A stretch of 49,798 nt of DNA, from assembly GCA_035315305.1 (NCBI GenBank), contig DATFXZ010000007.1, positions 1 to 49,798 of the forward strand, in the 5' to 3' direction. Below are positions 1-9,109 of this stretch, piece after piece; position 1 is the first letter of the stretch; each line of letters starts with the position of its first letter. Below the pieces are notes generated by a model. The model worked only from the letters and a program-made list of their open reading frames with translations, made no database searches and was not told where the DNA came from. This DNA is from Terriglobia bacterium (GTDB taxonomy: Bacteria > Acidobacteriota > Terriglobia > 20CM-2-55-15). The position numbers and the translations under genes were made by a program.

Positions 1-1
1 T

Positions 2-1765
2 GTCGAGCGGCCGGCATCGGTCGTCAAGGAGTTGATGGAAAACTCAATCGATGCGGGCGCGGGAAAAATCGCAATCCATGTGGAAGAAGGTGGACGGAAG
101 CTCATTCGCGTCACGGACGACGGTGAGGGAATGGGCCCCGACGACGCTCTGGCCTGTTTTGGGCGTCACGCGACGAGTAAGCTCTATGAACCGAATGATT
201 TGTTTTCGATCAAAACACTTGGATTTCGCGGTGAGGCTCTGCCGTCGATAGGTTCGGTATCGCGACTGTTGCTCGAAACTCAAACAGAAAATTCAATCGG
301 CACCGCGATAGAAATCGCGGCTGGAAAGCTTCTATCGCAGCGCGAGCAGGCATTTCCACGCGGCACGCAGATCACGGTGGAAGACTTGTTCTTCAATGTT
401 CCCGCGCGCCGCAAATTTCTTCGATCGGAATCTTATGAGCTGAGCCAGATTACGACGTACTGCACGCACTACGCGTTGGCATTTCCAGAAATCCATTTTG
501 ACTTGAAGAGTGCGGGCTTTGAGATTCTTTCCGCGCCGTCGACAACGGGCTATCGGGACCGCATCTTTCAAGTCTTCGGCAGAGACTTGCTCGACCAGCT
601 TGTGCAGCACGAAAAGAGTTTTGGCCGGTCCGGAGTTAAAGTTCACGTTTTCGCGTCGCGTCCCCACGTTCAGAAGTACAACCGGAATTCGATGTTCTTC
701 TTCATCAACCGGCGTCTGGTGCGCGACAAAATCATCTTGCACGCGATCAGCGAAGCCTACCGGAACATTCTGCCGTCCGGTACGTTTCCAGTGGTCATTA
801 TGTTTGTAACGATTCCTTACGAGGACGTGGACGTGAACGTTCATCCTGCGAAAACAGAAGTCCGATTCAAGCATCAGTCGTTTGTCCACGATGCAATTCG
901 CGATTCGATTCTTTCTGCTCTGACACAAGACAAAACCATTGTGCCGATGGAAAGCGAGGCGGTGCCGGTATCGCCCTTTGCAGCGCCCACTCCTCAACCA
1001 CGAATTCCCGATTCCTGGAAATCGGACGATCCCATTGCCCGAGAATCCTTCACGCTTCAGCCTGGAATGCGCGGCCCAGCGGAAGACCCAATCCCGCTGG
1101 GTTTGAATTTCAGATTTCCTCCGCCGGCATCGGATGGTTGCGAAGAACCGGTCGAAGTACCTGCCTACCCGGAATTCGATCGAGTAAAAAGCGAAGTGCG
1201 CCCGCTCGGCCAGTTGCGCGACAGCTTTATTGTAGCGACGGATTCATCGGGGTTGATTGTTATCGATCAGCATGTCGCACATGAACGTGTGCTGTTTGAA
1301 ATCTATCTTCGGCAAAAGCTCGCCGGAAAACTGGAGATCCAGCGATTATTGATGCCGATTGTGGTGCAATTACCACCGCGGCAGCTTGTCATTCTCGACA
1401 GTATTGTTCCGGAACTCGGGCGGAACGGTTTTGAAGTAGAGCCGTTCGGTCCGAAGACGATCGCGATAAAAACGGCTCCGGCGATATTGAAGCCCGGCGT
1501 CGTGGAGAAATTATTGATCGAACTGCTGGACGGGCTCGAACGCGAGACGCAAGTGATAAACATCGACGCTCTGAAAAAGAAAATTGCGGCGACGGTATCG
1601 TGTCACGCAGCTATAAAGATCAATATGCCGCTGGACGAAACAAAGATGCGATGGCTGGTTGGAGAGTTGATGAAGACCGACGTGCCGACCGTATGTCCAC
1701 ATGGCCGGCCCATCATTTTGCGGTATGATCTGCGCGAAATTCAGAAAGCTTTTAAGAGAGCTTAG
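2..1765 (+). CDS. mutL: DNA mismatch repair endonuclease MutL, 5' end cut by window edge
   Basis: The open frame runs from base 2 (VERPASVVKELMENSIDAGAGKI, GHKL ATPase motif). C-terminal motifs are DQHVAHERVLFE (DQHA-X2-E-X4-E nuclease motif), SCHAAIK and CPHGRP. TAG stop at 1763-1765. Confidence 0.95.
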   Translation, partial: VERPASVVKELMENSIDAGAGKIAIHVEEGGRKLIRVTDDGEGMGPDDALACFGRHATSKLYEPNDLFSIKTLGFRGEALPSIGSVSRLLLETQTENSIGTAIEIAAGKLLSQREQAFPRGTQITVEDLFFNVPARRKFLRSESYELSQITTYCTHYALAFPEIHFDLKSAGFEILSAPSTTGYRDRIFQVFGRDLLDQLVQHEKSFGRSGVKVHVFASRPHVQKYNRNSMFFFINRRLVRDKIILHAISEAYRNILPSGTFPVVIMFVTIPYEDVDVNVHPAKTEVRFKHQSFVHDAIRDSILSALTQDKTIVPMESEAVPVSPFAAPTPQPRIPDSWKSDDPIARESFTLQPGMRGPAEDPIPLGLNFRFPPPASDGCEEPVEVPAYPEFDRVKSEVRPLGQLRDSFIVATDSSGLIVIDQHVAHERVLFEIYLRQKLAGKLEIQRLLMPIVVQLPPRQLVILDSIVPELGRNGFEVEPFGPKTIAIKTAPAILKPGVVEKLLIELLDGLERETQVINIDALKKKIAATVSCHAAIKINMPLDETKMRWLVGELMKTDVPTVCPHGRPIILRYDLREIQKAFKRA

Positions 1766-1766
1766 C

Positions 1767-1796
1767 TTGACAGAACGTCACAGCGCACTCTACCTT
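1767..1796 (+). promoter_or_regulatory. candidate sigma70-type promoter upstream of hup
   Basis: TTGACA at 1767-1772, an 18-nt spacer, then TACCTT at 1791-1796, about 85 nt upstream of the hup start. Pattern match only. Confidence 0.3.
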
Positions 1797-1882
1797 TCTA
1801 AACCTGATTTGGTTTCGGTGCTCTAATTGGCAACAATTCAGACGGTAGTTACGGAAGCAGCGACTTTCAAAGGAGGATTTTG

Positions 1883-2179
1883 ATGGCAAAGATGACCCAG
1901 ACCCAGATCTTCGCAGAGATGTCCAACAAGACGGGCATCAGCAAGAAACAGGTCAAAGATTTTATAACCGCGTTCACTGATCTCGCCTATCGAGAAGCGA
2001 AGAAGGGTGAATTCGCGATTCCTGGCCTCGGCAAACTGGTAAAGCAAAAGAGAAAGGCGCGCCTCGGCAGGAATCCGGCGACGGGCGAGGAAATCAAAAT
2101 CCCCGCGAAGACCGTTCTGAAATTCCGAGTGGCCAAAGCTGCCAAAGATGCAGTGCTCGGAGCGCCGGCAAAGAAGTAG
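1883..2179 (+). CDS. hup: HU family DNA-binding protein
   Basis: AGGAGG at 1871-1876 lies 6 nt before ATG 1883; the track ORF starts one codon earlier at TTG 1880. HU/IHF arm signature GLGKLVKQKRKARLGRNPATGEEIKIPAKTVLKFR, with a short Lys/Ala C-terminal tail. Confidence 0.9.
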   Translation: MAKMTQTQIFAEMSNKTGISKKQVKDFITAFTDLAYREAKKGEFAIPGLGKLVKQKRKARLGRNPATGEEIKIPAKTVLKFRVAKAAKDAVLGAPAKK

Positions 2180-2198
2180 GAAAATCGATTTCATATGA

Positions 2199-2237
2199 GG
2201 TAAGAAAAATGCGGTTCGACACCTCATTTTTCTTACC
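2199..2237. terminator. candidate hairpin terminator between convergent hup and HTH gene
   Basis: GGTAAGAAAAATG (2199-2211) pairs perfectly with CATTTTTCTTACC (2225-2237), with a 13-nt loop. The stem is AT-rich and there is no clean U-tract. Confidence 0.3.
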
Positions 2238-2352
2238 CATCTGATTTGGTGTGTTCTGTGTTTGTTGTCGTTCTGGGAGGAGTTCGCGGAGAACGTCAAA
2301 GGGGAACCGGATTACACATCATTACACCGGCGTACCACCTCACTTTTGCCGA

Positions 2353-2568
2353 CTACACAGTTTGCCTGACTCTCTTACCCGCTTGCCAGTTCATGAAGTC
2401 GCGTCCGAGAATAAAGAACTTCCGTCCGATTTGGACGATCGGAATCCGATCTTCTTCAATGATCCTTCGGAAGTGCCGCAGTGAAAAGCCGGCCATATCA
2501 GCCGCTGTCGGTATATCCAAAAACATCTTGATGCGTGGTTGAGTCGTCGTCGACGTGTCAGTTGGCAT
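2353..2568 (-). CDS. helix-turn-helix DNA-binding protein, excisionase/MerR-like (HTH_17-type)
   Basis: 71 aa. FLDIPTAADMAGFSLRHFRRIIEEDRIPIVQIGRKFFILGRDFMNW fits the excisionase-family HTH pattern. The start could be the internal Met at 2526. Confidence 0.6.
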   Translation of the reverse strand: MPTDTSTTTQPRIKMFLDIPTAADMAGFSLRHFRRIIEEDRIPIVQIGRKFFILGRDFMNWQAGKRVRQTV

Positions 2569-2851
2569 CGTGTCTTGCCTCCATCGGCCTTAGGTAGCAC
2601 TTGATTTGCCATTTTTCCGCAGCTGGCTGAGGCGTGCAGAATGTCCTTCCTTGTCTTAAGGGTGCGGGCCCAACGCGTTTGAAACTGAATAGACGGCCAC
2701 GGGTGATAACGCGTCAACTTTCCGACGAATGACCCATCAACGGCTGTCAAGAAACCGACGAGGGAATCAAGAGTCGTCGTTTCCCCCGACTTTTTACCGA
2801 AAAATTCGAGAATGCTGTCACTAGGCGTATCCTTTTCGTAAAGGAGGATCT

Positions 2852-3853
2852 GTGAAGAGCTTTGTCGAACGGATGCCGAAGGCCGAGCTGCATCTCCACA
2901 TCGAGGGTACGCTCGAGCCAGAGTTGATGTTTGAGCTTGCTTCGCGAAATCGTATTGCGCTGCCGTTCAAAACTCCGGACGAAGTACGCAAAGCGTATCA
3001 GTTTTCGGATCTCCAATCGTTCCTCGATATCTACTATCAGGGCACGCAAGTACTAGTGCACGATCGTGATTTCTACGATCTGACCTGGGCTTATCTCCAA
3101 AAGGCGCACGAACAGAATGTGCGGCATACTGAAATCTTCTTCGATCCGCAGGCACACACAGAGCGAGATGTCCCGATTCAAGCTGTTATTGACGGTATTT
3201 ACGAAGCTCTTCGCGATGCGGAGGAGCGGTTTGGGATTTCATCGAATCTGATCTTGTGTTTCCTGCGTCATCTCACCGGGGAAGACGCCATGCGGACTCT
3301 CGAGGCGGCTCTTCCTTACCGCCACGCATTTTCGGGAGTGGGTCTCGATTCCTCCGAATGTGGGCACCCTCCGGAAAAATTCACGGAGGTATTTGCGCGA
3401 GCTCGTCAAGAAGGATTGTTTGTTGTCGCTCACGCGGGCGAAGAGGGTCCGCCGGATTACGTTTGGCAGGCGCTCGATCGCCTGGGTGCGTCACGCATTG
3501 ATCACGGAGTGCGGTGCGTCGAAGATCCCGCTCTGATCGAGCGACTCCGGACTGATCGCGTTCCTCTAACCGTTTGTCCTTTGTCCAATGTGAAACTGCG
3601 CGTCTTTGACTCGATCAAAGCTCACAACCTTCCGCGACTGCTCGATGCGGGTCTCTGCGTCACGATCAATTCCGACGATCCCGCGTATTTTGGCGGTTAC
3701 GTGAATGAGAACTTCCTGGCCATAGGTGAAGCTTTTGATCTGACGCAAAGTGAGATCTGCGCGCTCGTGCGTAATTCTTTTGAAGCGGCCTTTGTGAGCG
3801 ATGAGCGTCGCCACGCGATGATGGCTGAGCTCGGTGCGATTATTTCGGAGTAG
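2852..3853 (+). CDS. add: adenosine/adenine deaminase family protein
   Basis: AAGGAGG at 2841-2847 precedes GTG 2852. Carries the HLHIEG metal-binding HxH motif, AHAGEEG, and [10 protein letters not shown], as in the adenosine deaminase superfamily. Confidence 0.9.
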   Translation: MKSFVERMPKAELHLHIEGTLEPELMFELASRNRIALPFKTPDEVRKAYQFSDLQSFLDIYYQGTQVLVHDRDFYDLTWAYLQKAHEQNVRHTEIFFDPQAHTERDVPIQAVIDGIYEALRDAEERFGISSNLILCFLRHLTGEDAMRTLEAALPYRHAFSGVGLDSSECGHPPEKFTEVFARARQEGLFVVAHAGEEGPPDYVWQALDRLGASRIDHGVRCVEDPALIERLRTDRVPLTVCPLSNVKLRVFDSIKAHNLPRLLDAGLCVTINSDDPAYFGGYVNENFLAIGEAFDLTQSEICALVRNSFEAAFVSDERRHAMMAELGAIISE

Positions 3854-3868
3854 CGAAGGTAGGTTAAT

Positions 3869-5206
3869 TCATATTTCGACGCTGCCCGTGCTATCTCCGA
3901 ATTTGTCCTGTTGAATTCCGAACTTATTGAGAATAGTCAAAAGCAAATTCGACATCGGAGTGTGGGCGGGATAGCGCAAATGGCGCCCGCCTTTTAATTG
4001 CGCTGATGCGCGTCCGATCAGAAGGACAGGCAGGGGATCATGGTTGTGCTCGTTTCCGTCACTGAGCGTGCTGCCATAAAGAATTAAGGAATGATCCAGG
4101 AGGTTGCCGTCACCGTCCGGCGTTTGTTTCAGCTTGTCGAAAAAGTACGTAAGCGTGCCGATGTGATAACGATTCAGGACAGCAAATTGGTCCATGTTCT
4201 TGCGATTGTTGGAATGATGCGACGCATTGTGAAATCCTTCCCGAACCCCGCTCTTGGGATAAACGGTTCCACTGGTTTCGTGCGAATAGAGCAAAGTCGA
4301 AATGCGGGTGATCTCGGCCTGATAAGCGAGAGCCTGAAGATCCCACATCAATTTCAGATGCTCTTCAAAATCGTCAGGTATTCCAACAGGGGCTTCCGGC
4401 AACGGGACATCAGTCTTCGTCTGCTTAGCGGCCTTGTCGATTCGCCGCTCGATTTCACGCACTTCCTCCAGGTATTGGCTGAGCCGCGTGCGGTCAGCGG
4501 CAGGCAGTTCTTTCTGAAGGGATGCAACCTGATTTGAAACAGAGTCCAGGAGACTGATGGACTGCTCCCTTCTCGCTTTCCGCTGCGCGTCGGTGCTGCC
4601 GTCGCCGAACAATCGCTCGAACGCAACCTGTGGGCTGTGCTCCATTGGGAGCGGAACGGCCGCTGATTTCCAGGAGATGGTATTTCGATAAGCGCCGCTG
4701 AAGCCGGCATCGCTGCCCAACGAGGATTCCTCAATGCTGAGCTCGATGGACGGCAGTGGGGTGTCCTGTCCGATCTTTTCCGCGACGACTTGATCCAGAG
4801 AAACGCCGACGTGAGACTGCGCGCCCTTCTTTGGATGTGAGCCCGTGATAAATACCGCAACAGCGCGGTTATGATCGAGAGCGCCGCCACTATCTTCGCC
4901 GTCCGTGGGCCCCGCCTGCGGATGGCATAATCCGCTTACCACATTCACATACTCCCGGAACGGCTCCAGCGGCTTCAGGATTTCCGAAAACTCGAAGCCA
5001 GTCCCCTCAGTCGCAGGTGTCCAATGATCCATCGTGGCGCCGTGCGGAATGTAGATGCATGCCAACCGGCTCTTCGGACTCGCGGCCGTCTTGCTGAGTG
5101 GAGTCTGAGCCGGAACCATTGATTCTAGGAACGGCAAGGCTATCGTTACGCCCGCGCCGCGAAGGAACGTGCGGCGGGAGAGATATTTCTTCGTGATGAA
5201 CATCAT
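3869..5206 (-). CDS. DUF1552 domain-containing protein (Tat-type signal)
   Basis: The N-terminus KKYLSRRTFLRGAGVTIALPFLESM is typical of DUF1552. AGGAG lies 6 nt upstream of ATG 5206. The gene sits 9 nt downstream of the DUF1592-family gene, its usual partner. Confidence 0.8.
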   Translation of the reverse strand: MMFITKKYLSRRTFLRGAGVTIALPFLESMVPAQTPLSKTAASPKSRLACIYIPHGATMDHWTPATEGTGFEFSEILKPLEPFREYVNVVSGLCHPQAGPTDGEDSGGALDHNRAVAVFITGSHPKKGAQSHVGVSLDQVVAEKIGQDTPLPSIELSIEESSLGSDAGFSGAYRNTISWKSAAVPLPMEHSPQVAFERLFGDGSTDAQRKARREQSISLLDSVSNQVASLQKELPAADRTRLSQYLEEVREIERRIDKAAKQTKTDVPLPEAPVGIPDDFEEHLKLMWDLQALAYQAEITRISTLLYSHETSGTVYPKSGVREGFHNASHHSNNRKNMDQFAVLNRYHIGTLTYFFDKLKQTPDGDGNLLDHSLILYGSTLSDGNEHNHDPLPVLLIGRASAQLKGGRHLRYPAHTPMSNLLLTILNKFGIQQDKFGDSTGSVEI

Positions 5207-5215
5207 GTCAGTCTC

Positions 5216-7549
5216 CTAGGACGATTGCTTCACCTTCATCTGAAACGGTGCGCTCTTCACAATACCGAGAACGATCGATGAGAAACGATAATCATTGCGA
5301 GCGGCGTCATGAATAACAGATCGGACAACGGGCATGTCATAGTAATGTACCGCACGGCCCAGCCCGTAAGTTAGAAGCTTTTCAGTTGCCGTTGTTAGGA
5401 AGGCATCGGAACGGCTCAAGAGCGCCTGTCGCAGCGTCGCAGGCCCGTTCAGCTTAGTCCCGTCGACGAGATCACCGGAAGCATCAACCGCTGTTTTCTC
5501 ATCCATGTCTCTCCATTTGCCCGTGAGATCAAAGTTCTCCAAGGCAAACCCGATCGGATCCATGATCTTGTGGCACGACGCGCAACCGGGATTCGAGCGG
5601 TGTTCCTCCATGCGCTCACGCATGGACAGTATCTTGCCATCTGTACGTTCGTTGTTCTCTTTCAAGGGCGGTACGCTTGCAGGAACGGCAGGAGCGGATA
5701 CGCCCAGAATGTTTTCCAGAATCCATTTTCCCCGGCTCACCGGTGAAGTCCGGTTTCCTGCGGATGTAACGAGGAGGAAACTGGCTTTACCAAGCAGGCC
5801 ACGACGCGGATCATCTTTTTCGAGGGTGACGCGGCGGAAATGGCTCCCTCGAATGTTAGGGATTCCATAGTGGCGTGCCAGCCGTTCGTCGACAAACGTG
5901 TAATCCGCATTCAGCAGGTCGACGATGCTGCGATCTTCACGGACGATGCTTTCAAACAGCAGTTCCGTCTCGCGCCGGATCGACTGTCGCAGGTTCTCGT
6001 CGAAATCATCGGCTTCAGGTTTGGCACTGTTTAAATCGCGCAAGTGCAGCCACTGTCCGCCAAAATTCTTTGCCAGTGCTTCGGATCGCGGATCGGATAG
6101 CATTCGACGCACCTGACGTTCCAGCATTCCCGGCTGCATCAGCTTTCCTTGACTGGCTATGTCGAGAAGTTCGTCGTCCGGAATGCTGCTCCAGAGGAAA
6201 AACGACAAGCGCGACGCTAATTCGAGATCGTTTATCCGATAACTGTCGCCCGCTGCCAGATTGGCCCGTTCGCGTTCGAAGCGATAAAGGAATCGCGGGT
6301 CGACAAGAACGCGGGCCAGTGCGTGTTCTATGCCGGTGTCGAAGGTTCCTTGCGCGCGCCCAGCTTGATAAAAACTGAGGAGGGTCTCCATCGCCACATC
6401 CGAGTCGGTGACAGGCTGGCGGAATGCACGTCGAGCCAGAGTTCGCAGGATTTGCTTTGCACACGCAGGTTCGTCGCCGGCACTGGCCGGACGACAAACG
6501 AAAATACGGCGGCGGCTTGGCGTATCTCCGGGTCCGTCCGGATTGAATGGGCCGGTAATTGAGACCGTAGAAACGCCTAGCGTGGCTGCATAGACATCGT
6601 ATAAGTCATCAACGCCGCGGGCATTTCTTTTCTTTAAGACAGCGATGCCGATCGATTGCGGACCCGCTTTCATCTGCAGGCGAATATCGCGCGGGCTGTT
6701 CCGTCCGACAACGTAAACCCTCTCGCCATTCACGGTGATTTCGAGTTCTTCGTCGCCACCGACGCTCGTCTGTGCGACACCTACGCCGCTGCGCGCAATC
6801 CTGAAATCGTATTCACCATCTAGTGGAAAAACATGCTTGATGAGCATTCCTCCGCGAGTGCCAAGAGGCAAACCTTCGATGTGATCGGCTTGTATCAGAC
6901 CGCGGGGAATGCGGTAGGTGACCTTGTCCGCGCTGATCTCGGGATTGCCGACAGCAAGCCGGCTGATCTTAGTTGCAGCCGAGACGTAGCCTTGGATGAG
7001 CAATGGCGAGACGCCTAAAACATCGGCAACATTGTCAAAGCCTTCCGCCGAGTCGTCCGGGGGCAAGAGCGTCGTAGCGTCAATCGGGAGCGCAAGCAGG
7101 TCGCGGATTGCATTGGCATATTCGGTGCGGTTCAGGCGATGAAGTGCGGTTGCTCCGGGATTAGACTTGCCCGCTGCCGCACGGTCGAGTGCGGTTTCGA
7201 GGCTTGATGCAAAAGCATCGATCATTGAACGGTCCGGCCGGCGCGCACCGCTCGGCGGCATCATGCCTGTTCGAAGCTTGACGACAACCTTTTCCCAAGT
7301 ATCTGCGTTGTCGCCCACCCGCTCGAGATCGAGTTTGTCCAGCATCAAGCCGGCAGTCTTTGTTCGTTCGTTGTGGCAAGTGATGCAGTACTGGTTGAGG
7401 AAACCGCGGTCCTGGGCGGTGGCGTATACGCAAACACAAAGACACAGAGACACAAAGACACAGAGGCGCGCGATCAAAGGATTCTTTTTCGCGCGCCTCA
7501 GTGTCTTTGTGTCTCTGTGTCTTTGTGTTTCCAGCCGAAACGTCGTCAT
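5216..7549 (-). CDS. DUF1592/DUF1588/DUF1585-type protein with cytochrome c-like CxxCH motifs
   Basis: CITCH motif near the N-terminus and CASCHKIMDPIGFALENFD near the C-terminus. The ATG at 7549 overlaps the upstream ankyrin stop as ATGA. The first 40 codons are occupied by a palindromic repeat (see findings). Confidence 0.8.
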   Translation of the reverse strand: MTTFRLETQRHRDTKTLRRAKKNPLIARLCVFVSLCLCVCVYATAQDRGFLNQYCITCHNERTKTAGLMLDKLDLERVGDNADTWEKVVVKLRTGMMPPSGARRPDRSMIDAFASSLETALDRAAAGKSNPGATALHRLNRTEYANAIRDLLALPIDATTLLPPDDSAEGFDNVADVLGVSPLLIQGYVSAATKISRLAVGNPEISADKVTYRIPRGLIQADHIEGLPLGTRGGMLIKHVFPLDGEYDFRIARSGVGVAQTSVGGDEELEITVNGERVYVVGRNSPRDIRLQMKAGPQSIGIAVLKKRNARGVDDLYDVYAATLGVSTVSITGPFNPDGPGDTPSRRRIFVCRPASAGDEPACAKQILRTLARRAFRQPVTDSDVAMETLLSFYQAGRAQGTFDTGIEHALARVLVDPRFLYRFERERANLAAGDSYRINDLELASRLSFFLWSSIPDDELLDIASQGKLMQPGMLERQVRRMLSDPRSEALAKNFGGQWLHLRDLNSAKPEADDFDENLRQSIRRETELLFESIVREDRSIVDLLNADYTFVDERLARHYGIPNIRGSHFRRVTLEKDDPRRGLLGKASFLLVTSAGNRTSPVSRGKWILENILGVSAPAVPASVPPLKENNERTDGKILSMRERMEEHRSNPGCASCHKIMDPIGFALENFDLTGKWRDMDEKTAVDASGDLVDGTKLNGPATLRQALLSRSDAFLTTATEKLLTYGLGRAVHYYDMPVVRSVIHDAARNDYRFSSIVLGIVKSAPFQMKVKQSS
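7432..7530. repeat. near-perfect palindromic element (41-bp arms, 17-nt loop)
   Basis: Arms 7432-7472 and 7490-7530 are reverse complements at 40 of 41 positions, with one mismatch (7462/7500). The core is ACACAAAGACACAGAGACACAAAGACAC. Confidence 0.9.
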
Positions 7550-9012
7550 TTCGCAGACCCCGTCAGCTTCTCAAGCAAAATAACAGTAGTCGGTTTGCGC
7601 TCAGCTCCCACGGATGCCAAGAATACGCCTTCCGCCCAAGCGATTGGCGTCCGGCCTGCGGCATCTTTTACGTCCAAGCGCGCGCCCTTTTCCACAAGGT
7701 ATTGAATAATGTCGTCGGAGCCGCGATTGGCGGCACCCATAACAGCCGTCAGTCCCATTGAATTCACCGCATTCACGTCTGCGCCGAGTTCTAAGCAAGT
7801 CTTTACGGCTTCCAGCAAGGCTTCCTTCGAGACGGTGTATGTCTGAGCAACAGTCCAGTTCACACCGGCCGCAGCCATAAGAGGTGTGGTCCCGGCGAGA
7901 GTGGGAATATTCGGATCGGCCCCCCGTTCGAGGAGAAGACGCATGACTTTCGTATCGCCGGACAAAGCCGCTCGAAGGAATGGCGTCTGTCCCGTCATAT
8001 CCACCCACGACACATCTCCGAGCGAGTACAGCCATCGCCGGCCTGGGTGGTATTCCTTGGTTCGAGCATTCACGTTCGCACCACGATCGATGAGGAGTTT
8101 GATGAAATCGAATACGGGAGCGCGATCGACGCCCTTGTCGACTCCGTGATCCAGGTCCATATTGCGGACGTCGACAGCCGCCCATAAAGGAGTTCGACCC
8201 CAGAAGTCCGGAGTATTGACATCGGCGCCGTGATCGAGGAGAAATCGCGCAACGTCAAGATGATTATTGAGGATCGACATGAGCAGCGGACTGATCTCGT
8301 TCGGATCAGCCAATTTGACATCAGCCGCGGCAGCTACCAACAATCGTGCTCCTTCGACCCCGCCGTCTCGGGCCGCGTATAGCAGTGGGGTCATGCCGCC
8401 ATTGATGGCAGCACGTTGACCTCTATCGGGAATTCCGCCGCGATTGATTCCGACTCCTTCCGAGCCGCACCCGGTGCCTTTGCACGGAGGTCTGAATGCA
8501 GGCGTCGGGCCGATCCTGGTGTGTATGTTCAGTGTGGCACCCCGTTCGATGAGAACTCGTACTGCATCCGCATGGTTTTCTCTGACAGCGAGCATCAAAG
8601 CCGTTTGCTGGAATTCAGGATCGACGGCATTGACGTTCGCTCCACGATCGATCAAAAACTTGAGCACATCCGGTGTTCCCGTACGTGCGGCGGCCATTAG
8701 AACTGTTTCTCCCGTCGAATCGACGACGTTAGGGTCAGCGCCTGCATCCAGGAGTTTCCGAACGATCTGGGCGTTGCCATTCACAGAAGCCAGATTCAGC
8801 GGAGTGATGCCATATCGATCAGCAGCATTGACCTTTGCTCCAGCCCGAATCAGACTTTCGACTTTTTGGAGATCATCGGCGCGGACGGCCCAATGTAGCG
8901 GTGTCGTGCCGTCGGGACCGACCGAATTGACGTCCTCTCGTTCAGCTGCGAAACCGGATGTGGATAGAAGGAGCAGTATCAAGTATGCCGAACCAATAAG
9001 TCTCACCGACAT
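7546..9012 (-). CDS. secreted ankyrin repeat protein
   Basis: Signal peptide MSVRLIGSAYLILLLLSTSGFAAE, followed by many G-TPLH-A..G....V..LL..GA..N ankyrin repeats. Confidence 0.9.
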   Translation of the reverse strand: MSVRLIGSAYLILLLLSTSGFAAEREDVNSVGPDGTTPLHWAVRADDLQKVESLIRAGAKVNAADRYGITPLNLASVNGNAQIVRKLLDAGADPNVVDSTGETVLMAAARTGTPDVLKFLIDRGANVNAVDPEFQQTALMLAVRENHADAVRVLIERGATLNIHTRIGPTPAFRPPCKGTGCGSEGVGINRGGIPDRGQRAAINGGMTPLLYAARDGGVEGARLLVAAAADVKLADPNEISPLLMSILNNHLDVARFLLDHGADVNTPDFWGRTPLWAAVDVRNMDLDHGVDKGVDRAPVFDFIKLLIDRGANVNARTKEYHPGRRWLYSLGDVSWVDMTGQTPFLRAALSGDTKVMRLLLERGADPNIPTLAGTTPLMAAAGVNWTVAQTYTVSKEALLEAVKTCLELGADVNAVNSMGLTAVMGAANRGSDDIIQYLVEKGARLDVKDAAGRTPIAWAEGVFLASVGAERKPTTVILLEKLTGSAK

Positions 9013-9109
9013 CGTCTAACCTCCGACCCTACTTATGGTTGCTGCAAATGTTGTGAATGATATCGCGTCCTGTCCTTTTCGTGGAAGGTAGAAGTGGTAG
9101 GCTACGTCG

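Noticed and set aside
332-997. Long antisense ORFs inside housekeeping genes (e.g. 332..997 in mutL, 8444..9019 in the ankyrin gene, 17255..17713 across lon/clpX, 21188..21871 in the kinase)
   Set aside because: Each lies opposite a gene with strong family motifs. They have no motifs of their own and a skewed Arg/Ser/Cys-rich composition typical of antisense frames.
2569-2851. Possible purine riboswitch upstream of add, as on the Vibrio add gene
   Set aside because: I looked for the conserved purine-riboswitch elements (UAUAAU, GAUAUGG, GUUUCUACC, CCUUAAAC/GACUAUG) and found none. Only a weak CGACGA/TCGTCG hairpin is present.
7167-7705. Plus-strand ORFs 7167..7583, 7373..7705 and 7501..7761 around the palindrome
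   Set aside because: They are mirror-image translations of the palindrome and antisense to two well-supported minus-strand genes.
9013-9109. OxyR operator in the oxyR/ankyrin divergent region
   Set aside because: No convincing ATAG-N7-CTAT tetrad or T-N11-A dyad was visible by eye, so I made no regulatory-site call.
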